Shown piece after piece: positions 1 to 10,187 of a stretch of DNA of 64,000 bases; position 1 is the first letter of the stretch, and every line of letters begins with the position of its first letter. The stretch lies in contig CAVOXA010000014.1 in NCBI GenBank assembly GCA_963700285.1, positions 512,001 to 576,000 on the forward strand, in the 5' to 3' direction. The stretch is from an uncultured Chloroflexia bacterium (GTDB lineage Bacteria > Chloroflexota > Anaerolineae > JAAYZQ01). Made by a program: the position numbers and the translations under genes. Under the pieces are notes generated by a model that was not told where the DNA came from, searched no databases, and was given only the letters and a program-made list of their open reading frames with translations.

Positions 1-13
1 GGGAGGCTACGAT

Positions 14-1171
14 GTGCGCATCTTTGACGGTGGCAGTGGGACCCTGCTGGCTGCCACCCGGGACATTGGTACGCTGCCGAGTAGCCTGACGCTGGCCGAA
101 CTCGGTTATCGCCGGCCCACGCTCTTTCTGGCAGCCAGCCAGGACGAGGCTGACCGGCTCTATGCAGCCCAGCCCGTGGTGGCGCCCAGTGGAACAGCGC
201 TGGCTGTGGTTGAGGTATCCCGTTCTGTGGCTGAAATGCGGACGCTGCTCAGCACACTGCGGCTGGCACTGCTACTTTCGGGCGCGGTGGCGCTGGCTGC
301 CGTCCTGATGGCCAGCTTTCTTCTGGCACGGAGGGTCACCGGTCCATTGGGCGACATGGAAGCGGCTACAAGGGCAATCGCCAAGGGGGATTTCGCCCGC
401 CGCTTGCCGGTTGGTTCTGAGGACGAGATTGGCCGCCTTGCGGCCAGTATCAACGAGATGGCCGCCGATCTCGCCCGCCTTGAGGCAGCCCGGAGGGATT
501 TCACGGCCAAGATATCCCACGATCTGCGTACGCCGCTGACGGCTATCAAGGGCTTTGTGGTCAACCTGCAAGACACAGCACCCAACGAGATGCAAGCCTC
601 CCTGCAGACCATGGAAGAACAGGTTGACCACCTCAGCCGTCTGGTGACCGATCTGCTGACCCTATCGCGACTACAGCGCGGCGAACTGCAACTACGCTGC
701 ACTGAGACGGACCTGGCGGCCATCGCCCGCTCGGCTGTAATCCTCATCAGCCCAAAGGCCGAGCGACTGGGTGTCGCCCTGACTCTCGAGCTGCCCGATG
801 ACCCGGCCCCGGCTTGCGGTGACGCTGGCCGCCTGCAACAGGTTGCCGTGAACTTGCTGGACAATGCCCTTCGGGCTACGCCGGCCGGCGGGTCCGCAAG
901 AGTCCGTGTGACCAGCACCGACTCGGAGGTCTGTTTGGCGGTAATCGACAAGGGCCGAGGACTGTCGGACGAAGAGGCTGCCTGCGCTTTTGAACCTTAC
1001 TTCCATGGACCGGGAGGGGGCAGCGGCCTGGGACTAGCCATTGCCCAAGAGATCGTGGCCGCCCATGGCGGTCGTATTTGGCTGGAGGCTCGTTCCGAGG
1101 GCGGAACTGAGGCAGGGTTTGCTCTGCCCCAGTGGGGAGCGGGGAATCTGCCCTGCTGCTCCACAATCTGA
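14..1171 (+). CDS. Sensor histidine kinase (TM-HAMP-HisKA-HATPase), probably 5'-truncated by the window edge
   Basis: HAMP-like GDFARRLPVGSEDEIGRLA, H-box SHDLRTPL, N-box NLLDNA, G-boxes DKGRG and GSGLGL; frame is open back to the window start. Confidence 0.93.
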   Translation: MRIFDGGSGTLLAATRDIGTLPSSLTLAELGYRRPTLFLAASQDEADRLYAAQPVVAPSGTALAVVEVSRSVAEMRTLLSTLRLALLLSGAVALAAVLMASFLLARRVTGPLGDMEAATRAIAKGDFARRLPVGSEDEIGRLAASINEMAADLARLEAARRDFTAKISHDLRTPLTAIKGFVVNLQDTAPNEMQASLQTMEEQVDHLSRLVTDLLTLSRLQRGELQLRCTETDLAAIARSAVILISPKAERLGVALTLELPDDPAPACGDAGRLQQVAVNLLDNALRATPAGGSARVRVTSTDSEVCLAVIDKGRGLSDEEAACAFEPYFHGPGGGSGLGLAIAQEIVAAHGGRIWLEARSEGGTEAGFALPQWGAGNLPCCSTI

Positions 1172-1192
1172 GACGAGGCCAGAGCCTGGAGA

Positions 1193-2410
1193 ATGCGAAA
1201 ACTCACCCGGATCGTAGCTTATTTGGCAGCCGTACTGGGGCTTGTCGCCTGTGGTGCCAGCCGTGGCACCGCGACGCCGACGCCCACCATCACCTTCTCT
1301 CATAGTGGCCCTGGCCCCACTGTCACCCCATGGCTCGTGGCCCAGGAAGATCCCGACGACAGCACATACCCGACTCTGGCCGACTTTTGGGAGGGTCGGG
1401 CCGAGTTCGAGCTGCAGGTCCAGGAGACGGGGCTGCCCCGAGGCGAATCTGATACCATCGTCATGGGCAACGGTGAGTTGTGGTCTTTTCTGCACGCCAG
1501 TGACCGCTCTGCGGGAACAGTGGACCGCTGTGGCCAGCCGGTAGAGTTTCCCGGGTGCACGGTGATCTATAAGAGCTACGATGGTGGGTTCACGTTCCAG
1601 CACGATGCCCCCCCCGTCTGCCAGTTCGAGTGTGACGGGTGCCCCTGTGATCCAGAGAGAGATCACATCGTCCAACAGCAGTACCCACGCGTCCATTTCG
1701 ACGGCGAGACTCTGGTACTGGTCTACGAATACCTGGGGCGCGTCATGCTGCGCCGTTCCAACGACGGCCTGGCCTGGAGCCAGCCCCAGCGGGTAGACGA
1801 TACCGGCATATGGAAGCTCTGGTTAGAGGACTGTCCGCCCGAGGAGTTGATCGGCGAGCATCCCTACGTACGCTACGACTATGAATGCCTGGCTGGTGGC
1901 CCGCCCGGAGTTTATGTCGAGAATGGGACCATCTATGTGTTTCTGGCAGCCGGCCAGAATCCCGGCAGCATGGGTTGCTTCTATGGCAAGGTGAAGGGCA
2001 ACGCAAGGCGATTCAAGCGCTGCGAGTCTAACCCCCTCTTCACCGGCGCGGACGAATATGGCCCGCTGGAGGAAAAGGGGGCGCGAACGAATCCCTTCTT
2101 TGACTTTCGAACCATCAGTTCTGCGGAGGTACTCAAGCTCGAGGATGGTTACTATATGCTCTACGAAGGTGTGCGGGGGCCAGGAAAAGGCGACTCTGGC
2201 GACAGCCAATTTGGATTGGGCCTGGCCCGGAGCCTCAGCCATGAGATAGATGGCCCGTGGGAAAAGTACGGTGGCAACCCCATCCTCGTGGACCTACCCG
2301 GTAACATCGGCCTGGGCCACGCCGACTTGGTTGTCATCGACGGCCTGACTGTCCTCTATACCGCTCTTGAGAAGGACAAACGTAGCCGGCTGGACTTGGT
2401 ATGGAAGTAA
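1193..2410 (+). CDS. Lipoprotein, putative beta-propeller glycoside-hydrolase/sialidase-like
   Basis: Lipobox LVAC, Thr/Pro linker, Asp-box-like motifs SYDGGFTF and SNDGLAW, and WEKYGGNPIL typical of propeller glycosidases. Confidence 0.6.
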   Translation: MRKLTRIVAYLAAVLGLVACGASRGTATPTPTITFSHSGPGPTVTPWLVAQEDPDDSTYPTLADFWEGRAEFELQVQETGLPRGESDTIVMGNGELWSFLHASDRSAGTVDRCGQPVEFPGCTVIYKSYDGGFTFQHDAPPVCQFECDGCPCDPERDHIVQQQYPRVHFDGETLVLVYEYLGRVMLRRSNDGLAWSQPQRVDDTGIWKLWLEDCPPEELIGEHPYVRYDYECLAGGPPGVYVENGTIYVFLAAGQNPGSMGCFYGKVKGNARRFKRCESNPLFTGADEYGPLEEKGARTNPFFDFRTISSAEVLKLEDGYYMLYEGVRGPGKGDSGDSQFGLGLARSLSHEIDGPWEKYGGNPILVDLPGNIGLGHADLVVIDGLTVLYTALEKDKRSRLDLVWK

Positions 2411-2476
2411 CACAAGCCGCGCATCGTAGGGTCGTGCCAGGAGCCGACCGCCAACGGGGGATAGACTCCCCCGGCA

Positions 2477-2538
2477 GCGGTAACATTGCGGTAATACTGC
2501 GGTCATGCTCCAGCAATCTCACCAAGGCATGCTACATT
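2477..2538 (+). promoter_or_regulatory. Three 11-bp direct repeats plus extended -10; probable OmpR-family operator/promoter
   Basis: GCGGTAACATT/GCGGTAATACT/GCGGTCATGCT at 2477-2509, then TGCTACATT at 2530-2538; SD AAGGAGGT before the GTG at 2561. Confidence 0.6.
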
Positions 2539-2560
2539 CATCAGAAAAAGGAGGTGTACG

Positions 2561-3625
2561 GTGAGTCGAAAACTCTTGGCACTGGTCGGTCTGTTCCTGG
2601 CGTTTGGCCTGATTCTGACCGGATGTGGTGGTGGAATCACGGCGGAAGAAGTCGTGTCCAAGATGGAGGAAACGATCGCGAACACGGACAATGCCCACGC
2701 GGTGATCAAGGCCAGCGTCGACGCCCAGGGCATCAAGATGAACGTGACGGCCGAGGTCTGGGAAGTGATGCCGAACAAGGTCCGCGCCGAGGTCCGGGAT
2801 GCCTCAGAGCCCCGTCTTGTGGGCATGGTAATGGTGAGTGACGGCGAGCAGGCATGGCTGTACGAACCGGCCAGCAATCGGGTCACGGTTGGTCGCGCCG
2901 GAGAGATGGAGATGCCCCTGCCCCAGGAAATGCTCAGCTCCCTCAACGAAACAATCCAGGAGGTGCTGGACGTCAGTGACGTAGAACTCGCCGGCGAAGA
3001 GGTGGTGGCCGGCCGCGATGCCTACAAGCTGAGCCTCAGTCCCCGCGAGGATGCTGAGCAGGAGGTCTTTCCTGGCAACGGAACCGCCACGATCTGGGTA
3101 GACAAGGAACAGTGGATTGTCCTCAAGGCCGTCTATGAAGCCAGTACTCTGGGAAGGGGTAGCATGGAAGTCCAGAGCTTTGAGCTAAATCCGGGCGTGG
3201 CAGATGACCTGTTCGACTTTGAGGTGCCAGCGGGGGCTACTGTCGTCGATGCCAAGGTGCAAGAGCCCGAGCCTATGGCGCTGGATGAAGCAGTTGCCCA
3301 GGCGGGGTTCCCACTCATGGTACCAGACTATGTGCCCGACGGGGTGACCCTCATCGAAGTCTTTAAGGTTGGAGACTCGTTTGTCCTGCGCTACAATCAC
3401 TCGACCCAGGTCTCATTCGCAGTCGTTCAAGGGCCGGAGCTAACGGGGCCACCACCGTTGGGACAATCACAGGACGTCTCCGTACGAGGCCAGAGCGCGA
3501 CTGTTGTCAGTGACCAGGCCGGAGGCAATACCTTCCTATACTGGACTGAAAACGGCGTGACGGTGACGATAGCTGGACATATCAGTGTAGAGGAATCGCT
3601 CCGGGTAGCAGATTCGCTCAAGTAA
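2561..3625 (+). CDS. LolA-fold lipoprotein with C-terminal DUF4367-like domain
   Basis: Lipobox LTGC; LolA-like motifs VSDGEQAWLYEP, IWVDKE and DDLFDFEVPAGATVVD; C-terminal PDYVPDG...LYW domain. Confidence 0.75.
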   Translation: MSRKLLALVGLFLAFGLILTGCGGGITAEEVVSKMEETIANTDNAHAVIKASVDAQGIKMNVTAEVWEVMPNKVRAEVRDASEPRLVGMVMVSDGEQAWLYEPASNRVTVGRAGEMEMPLPQEMLSSLNETIQEVLDVSDVELAGEEVVAGRDAYKLSLSPREDAEQEVFPGNGTATIWVDKEQWIVLKAVYEASTLGRGSMEVQSFELNPGVADDLFDFEVPAGATVVDAKVQEPEPMALDEAVAQAGFPLMVPDYVPDGVTLIEVFKVGDSFVLRYNHSTQVSFAVVQGPELTGPPPLGQSQDVSVRGQSATVVSDQAGGNTFLYWTENGVTVTIAGHISVEESLRVADSLK

Positions 3626-3653
3626 CCGCCGCGTCAGGGCCCTGCGCTCAACC

Positions 3654-3682
3654 TTCGGCCTGCAACAGTGTTGCAGGCCGAA
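3654..3682 (+). terminator. Intra-operonic perfect 13-bp hairpin (mRNA stabiliser or partial terminator)
   Basis: TTCGGCCTGCAAC-AGT-GTTGCAGGCCGAA; no clear U-tract. Confidence 0.55.
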
Positions 3683-3759
3683 AACTTGCCGGGTATGGTT
3701 GAGGGCTTGAAGCAGGTACGGAGCAGGAGCATGCACAGGACGGGCATAAGGAGTATCGA

Positions 3760-4461
3760 TTGAACAAGGGGACAGAATTCGCCTTCCGCGCCGTGGATCT
3801 GACACGGAGTTTTGCCGTGGGCGAGACCAAGATCGACGCGCTGCGTGGCATCAACCTGGTAGTGAGCAAAGGGCAGTTCGTGGCACTGGTAGGTCCTTCG
3901 GGATCGGGAAAGTCCACCCTGCTCAACCTGGTAGGCGGGCTGGATCGGCCTACCGGGGGCCAACTGTGGGTGGGAGGTGTAGAACTGAGCGCCAGCAAGG
4001 AGAAAGCCCTGATAGAGCATCGGCGGCAGCGGGTGGGTTTTGTCTTCCAAAGCTTTAACCTCCTGCCCCGTCTGACAGCCCTGGAAAACGTCGCGTTGCC
4101 GCTCATGTTTGTCGGGAAACCGGAGAAGGAGCGACTCCATCGGGCGCAGAACCTACTGGCCAGTATCGGGCTAAGGGAGCGCATGGACCACCGTCCAAAC
4201 CAACTGTCAGGCGGCGAGCAGCAACGAGTGGCCATCGCCCGCGCGTTGGTGGGCCAGCCAGCCATCATCCTGGCCGACGAGCCGACGGGGAACCTGGATA
4301 GCACCACCGGCAGCGAGATTATGGCCGTTCTCCGCCGGCTGAATCGGGTCGAGGGGGTAACCCTGTTGTTGGTAACCCATGACCCTGAGGCAGCCTCCTT
4401 TGCAGATCGCGTCGTCCAGTTGCGTGACGGCCAGATCGTTGAAACGGGAGGGCAACCATGA
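3760..4461 (+). CDS. ABC transporter ATP-binding protein (LolD/MacB type)
   Basis: Walker A GPSGSGKS, LSGGEQQRVAIARAL, ADEPTGNLD, VTHD. Confidence 0.95.
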   Translation: MNKGTEFAFRAVDLTRSFAVGETKIDALRGINLVVSKGQFVALVGPSGSGKSTLLNLVGGLDRPTGGQLWVGGVELSASKEKALIEHRRQRVGFVFQSFNLLPRLTALENVALPLMFVGKPEKERLHRAQNLLASIGLRERMDHRPNQLSGGEQQRVAIARALVGQPAIILADEPTGNLDSTTGSEIMAVLRRLNRVEGVTLLLVTHDPEAASFADRVVQLRDGQIVETGGQP

Positions 4462-5723
4462 GCCTCCGAGATATCCTGCAGACTGCCTTGAGCAACCTCA
4501 GCCGCCACAGGGCCCGAACAGCACTAACCACCGTTGGCGTCATCGTCGGCATTCTGACCATCGTCACCATGGTGTCGCTGGGCATCGGCGTCCAGAGCGA
4601 AATGCAGAACACTTTTGGCAGCGTTGGTCTGGAGGGAATTCGGCTCTATCCGGAAACGGAGGAGGCTGGATCCTACCAGGTCTTTGGCGAGCCAGTGCGC
4701 ACAGCCCTGCTGACACCCGAGTTGGTCCGCGCTCTGGAGGCCCGGGACGACGTAGTCGAGGTGGTCCCGTTCCTGCGTATCCCTGGCAGTATGCACGTCA
4801 CGGTTCGGACGGACGAACAGGAAACCGAGGCCAGGCCCTGGGGACCCCAGCCCGGCAACGTTGGGGAACCCTTTATTGAGCGCACCAAAGCACTAGCTGG
4901 GAGCACGATTCCACCCGAGGCCGGGGGCGGCGCAGTGTTCGGCGAGGGCCTCATCACAAGACTCGGGTACCAACCGGGCGATGCCCCTGAGCTTGTTGGA
5001 AAGAAGGTAGAGATTGTGCTCTATGCTCCCCGTGGCGAATCGCAGGCTTTCGACCTTCAGATAGTCGGCATTACCGATCAGCGGCAGAACAGCCTGGCCC
5101 TGGCTCTGCCAGACAGGCTGGATATGCTGTCCTGGTGGTACGACGATCCCGAGTATCTGGCTCACCGGGGATACGATGAGGTTTTCGTCCGAGCCGCCTC
5201 GCTCAACGACGCCAGCCAGATCGTGGATTGGTTGAGCGAGGAGGGCTATCGGGTCCAGTCGCTCAAGATGATGCTCGACATGGCAAACCGGGGGATGGTC
5301 ATTATCCAGACGATGCTGGCGTCGGTAGGTGCGTTGGCCCTGCTGGTGGCCAGTATCGGCATCGCCAACACGATGATCATGGCGGTCTATGAACGAACGA
5401 AGGAGATAGGCATTCTGAAGGCTGTGGGCGCCTCCCCAGGCCAGATCCGGACGCTCTTTGTGCTGGAGGCATCGCTCATTGGCCTCATGGGCGGCATCAT
5501 CGGCACGATCCTGGGCTGGTTGCTGGGCAAGGCCCTCAACGTACTCATATTAGAAATCCTGCGCTGGCAGGAAGTCAACGTACAAGGCACCTTTTTTGTC
5601 GTATCGTGGTGGCTGGTACTTGCTGCGCTGGCTTTTGCCACGCTGATTGGTCTGCTGGCAGGGCTTTATCCCGCTGCCCGCGCCGCCAGGCTTGCTCCGC
5701 TGGATGCACTGCGGTACGAGTGA
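4458..5723 (+). CDS. ABC transporter permease (MacB/FtsX family)
   Basis: RTALTTVGVIVGI, GIANTM...ERTKEIGILKAVGA, C-terminal YPAARAARLAPLDALRYE; ATGA overlap with the ATPase. Confidence 0.93.
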   Translation: MSLRDILQTALSNLSRHRARTALTTVGVIVGILTIVTMVSLGIGVQSEMQNTFGSVGLEGIRLYPETEEAGSYQVFGEPVRTALLTPELVRALEARDDVVEVVPFLRIPGSMHVTVRTDEQETEARPWGPQPGNVGEPFIERTKALAGSTIPPEAGGGAVFGEGLITRLGYQPGDAPELVGKKVEIVLYAPRGESQAFDLQIVGITDQRQNSLALALPDRLDMLSWWYDDPEYLAHRGYDEVFVRAASLNDASQIVDWLSEEGYRVQSLKMMLDMANRGMVIIQTMLASVGALALLVASIGIANTMIMAVYERTKEIGILKAVGASPGQIRTLFVLEASLIGLMGGIIGTILGWLLGKALNVLILEILRWQEVNVQGTFFVVSWWLVLAALAFATLIGLLAGLYPAARAARLAPLDALRYE

Positions 5724-5768
5724 GGGCTGCGCAGTCAGTCATGTTCCGGCCCAGCAGAACGGAAGCGG

Positions 5769-6467
5769 CTATATCTGCCTTACGAAGCGATAGCCTACTC
5801 CGTGCTCGGTGCGTATGTAGGTCGGATGGCTGGGATCGGGCTCCAGCTTCTGGCGCAGACGCCAAATGTAGAGTTTTACATAGTCCAATTCATTCACGTA
5901 CTCCTGGCCCCAAACGGATTCCAAGATGCGTGAAGTGGGGAGTATGCGACCCATATTCTCGGCCAGGAGAAAGAGCAGCCGGCGCTCTGTCGCCGTCAGT
6001 TCCACCGGCTTGCCGCGCCGGCTGACCTCCCACCGTTCCGAATCGATTACCAACTCGTCGTCAGCGTAGAGCACTTGATCCTGGCCGGATGCGTTCAGAC
6101 GCGAGCGCCGCAGGACGCTCTGGATCCTGGCCTCCAACTCTCGTAGACTGAAGGGCTTGGCCACATAATCGTCCGCACCCATTTGCAGCCCACGTACCTT
6201 GTCGGCCTCCTGACCGCGGGCGGTCAGCATGATGATGGGGATGGTGGACACTTCCCGGATGCGGCTGCAGACCTCCCAGCCATCCAGCCTGGGCATCATG
6301 ATATCAAGTAGAATCAGATCGGGCCGTTCTACGAACAGTTTCTGCAGTCCTTCACGACCATCACCGGCAGTGGCAATGACAAACCCAGCCGTTGTCAGGT
6401 ACAACTTGAGTGCCTCTACCAGGTTGGAATCATCCTCTATGAGCAGCAGCTTGGTCTGGGATTCCAT
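5769..6467 (-). CDS. OmpR-family response regulator
   Basis: LLIEDD, LLDIMMP, LTA, KPFS; winged helix with YIWRLRQKLE...GVGY; ATG at 6467 overlaps the kinase 3' end. Confidence 0.95.
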   Translation of the reverse strand: MESQTKLLLIEDDSNLVEALKLYLTTAGFVIATAGDGREGLQKLFVERPDLILLDIMMPRLDGWEVCSRIREVSTIPIIMLTARGQEADKVRGLQMGADDYVAKPFSLRELEARIQSVLRRSRLNASGQDQVLYADDELVIDSERWEVSRRGKPVELTATERRLLFLLAENMGRILPTSRILESVWGQEYVNELDYVKLYIWRLRQKLEPDPSHPTYIRTEHGVGYRFVRQI

Positions 6468-9400
6468 CAATCCACTCCCCCCCTGCAGTGGTGGCCAGCC
6501 AGGCCTCGGCCTTGACCGGCAGGGTCACTGAGAATCGCGTTTCTACACCCGGCTCGCTTTGCACCTCGATGGTACCATCGTGCATTTCCACTGCCTCCTT
6601 GGCCAGCACAAGGCCCAAACCGGTCCCCCGGATCCCGGCCTCCCGTACCAGCCTCGAGCGATAGAATTTTGTGAATAGAAGCGGGATATCCTCCTGGGGA
6701 ATGCCTATCCCATGGTCTGCAACTTCGATAATCAGAACATCGCCCTCGGCTCTGACCGCCACGGATATCAGGCCACCTTCAGAACTGAACTTGATTGCAT
6801 TGCTGACAAGGTTTTTGATCACTATGGTAATCATCTCCTTGTCACCGATGATAAGCGGCAGCTTCGAAGGCATATCGAGCTGGACAGCTATGTTCTTTTT
6901 TGAGATCTGTATGTCAAGGAGTGCAATGACGCCATCAATAACTTCGTTGATAGACAGAAAGTCCATCCGCGCGGTATATCGCTCGGACTCTAGGCGGGAC
7001 AGATCCAGCAGACCATTGATCAGCTCGGTGAGCCAGTCCGTCTCCTGGTCAATGATTGTCAGGAATCGGTGGCGGACCGCCCGATCATCACCCTCCAGGT
7101 TGTCCAAGAGCAGCTCCGTATAGGCCTTGATAGAGGCCAAGGGTGCCCGAAGCTCGTGGGAAACGTTGGCCACGATGCTGGACTTGAGCCGGTCGACCTC
7201 TTTCAGGCGACTGACGTCCGAGAAATTGAACAGGTACCCCTCGCGGATAGGGGTGACACCCAGAAGGACGTCACGGGTACGAGTCTTACCCTCCAGGCTT
7301 GCCTCGATGGGAGCAACCCGCTTACCTGATAGCATTACTTCACATAGCAGGCTGTCTTCTCCCCACAACTCGGGTGGAAACACGTCACACAGTTGCTTGC
7401 CCAGGAGTTCGTGAGCACCGTAGCCGGTCAAGGTTTCAACCTCAGGATTCACGGCGAGAATCGTCTGGGCCGGATCCACCACCATGATCCCCGAAAATGC
7501 CTGCTCCACGATGGTCTCTGTCCGCTCTTTCTCCTCCATGGTCTCTTCGTAAAGCCGGGCGTTCTCGATGGCGATGGTCGCCTGGGTACCGATGGTGGTG
7601 GCCAAATTGACTTGCTCTTCATTGAACTGACGGCCACCTTGCACATGGTCCAGCACCATCAGGCCGATGGCCTGGTCTTTTCTGACCAGAGGAACCACAA
7701 GCAGGCTCTTGATACCAAAAGGCTCGATCCACCTGGGGGGCAGGAGCGAGATCGCTCCCTCATCGATGATAACCGGCTTCCGCTCCGTGAGTACCCGCTG
7801 GATCAGCGGGACTTGGTCCACGGTTTCGATGTAGGTCTCCTGCTTGAATGCCCTCCACAGAACCCTGTTGTTGACCCCTTCCCTCCCATGGCCAAACTGA
7901 GACATCAGCGGGATGAGCCGGCCACCCTCTTTGTCCAGGAGCAGGATGCTGCACCGATCGACGTTACAGACCTCTGCCGTCCTCCGGGATATAATCTCCA
8001 GGAGTCGATCCAAATCCAAGGTCGAGCTGACTGCCCTCGCGATGTCCAGGTGAGCCAGAGATTCCTCGGCCTTGCGCTGTTCCAGGGAAAAGAGCCAGGC
8101 ATTCTGGACTGCTACTGCCGTCTGGTTGGCCAGCGTGGTAAGGATTTGTTGTTCATCCTGGGAATAGGGGATCTCTGAACGCTTGGGACCCAAGACCAAG
8201 ATACCGATCAATTCATCCCTCACCGAAAGCGGAACGGAAACCTCCGCGTCCATGCGATCGAGATCCTGGCGCTCCTGGACCCACAGCGCCTTGAACTGGG
8301 GAATCACGTCCATTTGATGCCGGGTCAGAGATCTGTCATTGTCAACCAACCACTTCACCAGGGGATGGTCCCCTCTCAGCTTGAGACCCAACCTGCCACC
8401 CAATCCCCTTTGGGCCATCAGGTGATACTCTCCGCTTTCTTCCCGCCTTAGAAACAGGGCCGCCCGCTCTATGTGCATCGTCGTCGTGATTTCGTCCAAG
8501 ATCATGCGCATGAGGCTGTCCAGATCTAGGACGGAGGCCACGGTACGACTGAGCCGCTGGATCATCAAGCTAGCATCGTATTTTTCGCGAAAGAACCAGC
8601 GGTCGAACCAGGACTGAGCCCGATTCCAAATGGGCTGGACAACAATGGCCGTAACAGTGGCCAAGGCCAGGGACAGCAAAAAGACCTGGTAGCCGAGAAC
8701 CAGGTGAAGCAGGTTCACGCCAAAGTACACGATAAGAAAGTAGCCGGTACCGAGGATCGCGGTGGGGATCGAGTAAAGCAAACCCTTGCGGATAACAACT
8801 GTAATATCGAAGAGCTGGAAGCGGAGGATAGCATAGAAAATCAGAATGGCGTTGATGACGTTGGCAGTTATGTCTATAGGATACGCCTTCAGTTCAGGGC
8901 TGTAGTTGATCGCAGATCCCAGAAAGAGAATGGCCAAACCAGATAGCAAGTATCTAAGTTGGCTGCGCTCGATGATGGACGTCGAGCGCCGATAGCGAGC
9001 GGCGAGGTTAACGAAACTGTACATGAGATAGCCAAAGAGGTAGAGGCCGATTGGGAAAGTGAGAAACCCAAAGCGGGGCAACCAGAATGTCGAGTCGGAG
9101 AACTTGTACATGGCATCGATCACAAAAGGTCCACCCAACAGAGTCCACAAGGCTATCAGGACTCCGGCGACATAGCCAATTCTGATCACCCAGCGATGGG
9201 TATGGATTCCCAAAAAGTCCCTGGTGAATTGAGCGTAGAAGAGACCGAAGGCACTGCCAAGCCCTATTACGATCCTGTACCACTGCAGCGCCATCTCTGG
9301 GGTAGAGGAGAAGGCCGCCCCCGTACTGCCGATCTGCCAGACCAGCATGGCCAACAAGAACAGCGCAAAGGAGCGAACATTCTTCCTCCACAGATGGGGC

Positions 9401-9468
9401 CGGAGCAGCAACAGCAGAAGGAGGTAGCAAGCCAGGGCAATCAGGCACATGACCTGAATGAGGGTCAT
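6430..9468 (-). CDS. Multi-TM (7TM-type) sensor histidine kinase with two GAF, PAS, HisKA and HATPase domains
   Basis: About 8 N-terminal hydrophobic segments; two GAF ends (AVAVQNA, IAIENARLYE); PAS; SHELRAPL; NLVSNAIK; GTGLGL. Start placed at ATG 9468 from the ATGA overlap. Confidence 0.92.
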   Translation of the reverse strand: MTLIQVMCLIALACYLLLLLLLRPHLWRKNVRSFALFLLAMLVWQIGSTGAAFSSTPEMALQWYRIVIGLGSAFGLFYAQFTRDFLGIHTHRWVIRIGYVAGVLIALWTLLGGPFVIDAMYKFSDSTFWLPRFGFLTFPIGLYLFGYLMYSFVNLAARYRRSTSIIERSQLRYLLSGLAILFLGSAINYSPELKAYPIDITANVINAILIFYAILRFQLFDITVVIRKGLLYSIPTAILGTGYFLIVYFGVNLLHLVLGYQVFLLSLALATVTAIVVQPIWNRAQSWFDRWFFREKYDASLMIQRLSRTVASVLDLDSLMRMILDEITTTMHIERAALFLRREESGEYHLMAQRGLGGRLGLKLRGDHPLVKWLVDNDRSLTRHQMDVIPQFKALWVQERQDLDRMDAEVSVPLSVRDELIGILVLGPKRSEIPYSQDEQQILTTLANQTAVAVQNAWLFSLEQRKAEESLAHLDIARAVSSTLDLDRLLEIISRRTAEVCNVDRCSILLLDKEGGRLIPLMSQFGHGREGVNNRVLWRAFKQETYIETVDQVPLIQRVLTERKPVIIDEGAISLLPPRWIEPFGIKSLLVVPLVRKDQAIGLMVLDHVQGGRQFNEEQVNLATTIGTQATIAIENARLYEETMEEKERTETIVEQAFSGIMVVDPAQTILAVNPEVETLTGYGAHELLGKQLCDVFPPELWGEDSLLCEVMLSGKRVAPIEASLEGKTRTRDVLLGVTPIREGYLFNFSDVSRLKEVDRLKSSIVANVSHELRAPLASIKAYTELLLDNLEGDDRAVRHRFLTIIDQETDWLTELINGLLDLSRLESERYTARMDFLSINEVIDGVIALLDIQISKKNIAVQLDMPSKLPLIIGDKEMITIVIKNLVSNAIKFSSEGGLISVAVRAEGDVLIIEVADHGIGIPQEDIPLLFTKFYRSRLVREAGIRGTGLGLVLAKEAVEMHDGTIEVQSEPGVETRFSVTLPVKAEAWLATTAGGEWIDGIPDQAAAHRG

Positions 9469-10187
9469 CTTGCGTTCTCTCGCACCGCTTTCATGATCAA
9501 GGCAGAGGGATACCAGAAGCGGCGTGGAGGCCACTCTACCATCTGGATCTCCTTGAAACCAAAGCCCGATAGGATCTCACGCCACTCATCCGCTGAATGG
9601 ATATGCGAGAAGGCATCCGCCTCTGCCTGGGCCCGTGGGCTTCTCTTGATCAGCCTGTATACTGACACAATGGCCCGCATGAGCACACGCCCCGGCAGCG
9701 AGCGCCAGTGAGAAGGGGCGGCCATGTCGGCCATAACAAGGTGGCCGGCCCCCGCCAGCACACGGTTGATCTCTCCAAGCAACTGTGTCGCATCCATGTG
9801 GTGCATGCCCAGACCACAGACAACTGCGTCAAACCTACCCGCCACAAGCGGCATTTCCATGGCTGAAGCGCACACCAGGCGGACGCGATGGGTCAAACCC
9901 GCCGCCTCAATGTTCTTGATACCATAATCGAGCATGGCAGGCGTGACATCCAGCCCTACAACCCGGGTACCATCACCCGCTCTGGCCGTGATCTCGGAAC
10001 TGCTCACCGCGGTGCCGCAGGCCACGTCCAGAACGATATCTCCGTCGTTCATGGGCACCATTCCGGCCAGGTAACCGACGAATTCCCGGTAGCCCAAACC
10101 GCAGAATTCGCGAACTTCGCGGTCGACGGTCTCTTCATAGTGAGGCGCCAATTCGGTAAAGGCATCAATGACTACATTGTCGCCCAC
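9465..10187 (-). CDS. Class I SAM-dependent methyltransferase
   Basis: Motif I VLDVACGT, GLDVTPAML, FDAVVC...MHH; overlaps both neighbours. Confidence 0.9.
   Translation of the reverse strand: MGDNVVIDAFTELAPHYEETVDREVREFCGLGYREFVGYLAGMVPMNDGDIVLDVACGTAVSSSEITARAGDGTRVVGLDVTPAMLDYGIKNIEAAGLTHRVRLVCASAMEMPLVAGRFDAVVCGLGMHHMDATQLLGEINRVLAGAGHLVMADMAAPSHWRSLPGRVLMRAIVSVYRLIKRSPRAQAEADAFSHIHSADEWREILSGFGFKEIQMVEWPPRRFWYPSALIMKAVRENAR

Noticed and set aside
3648-4508. 286-aa minus-strand ORF
   Set aside because: Antisense shadow of the ABC ATPase; no motifs of its own.
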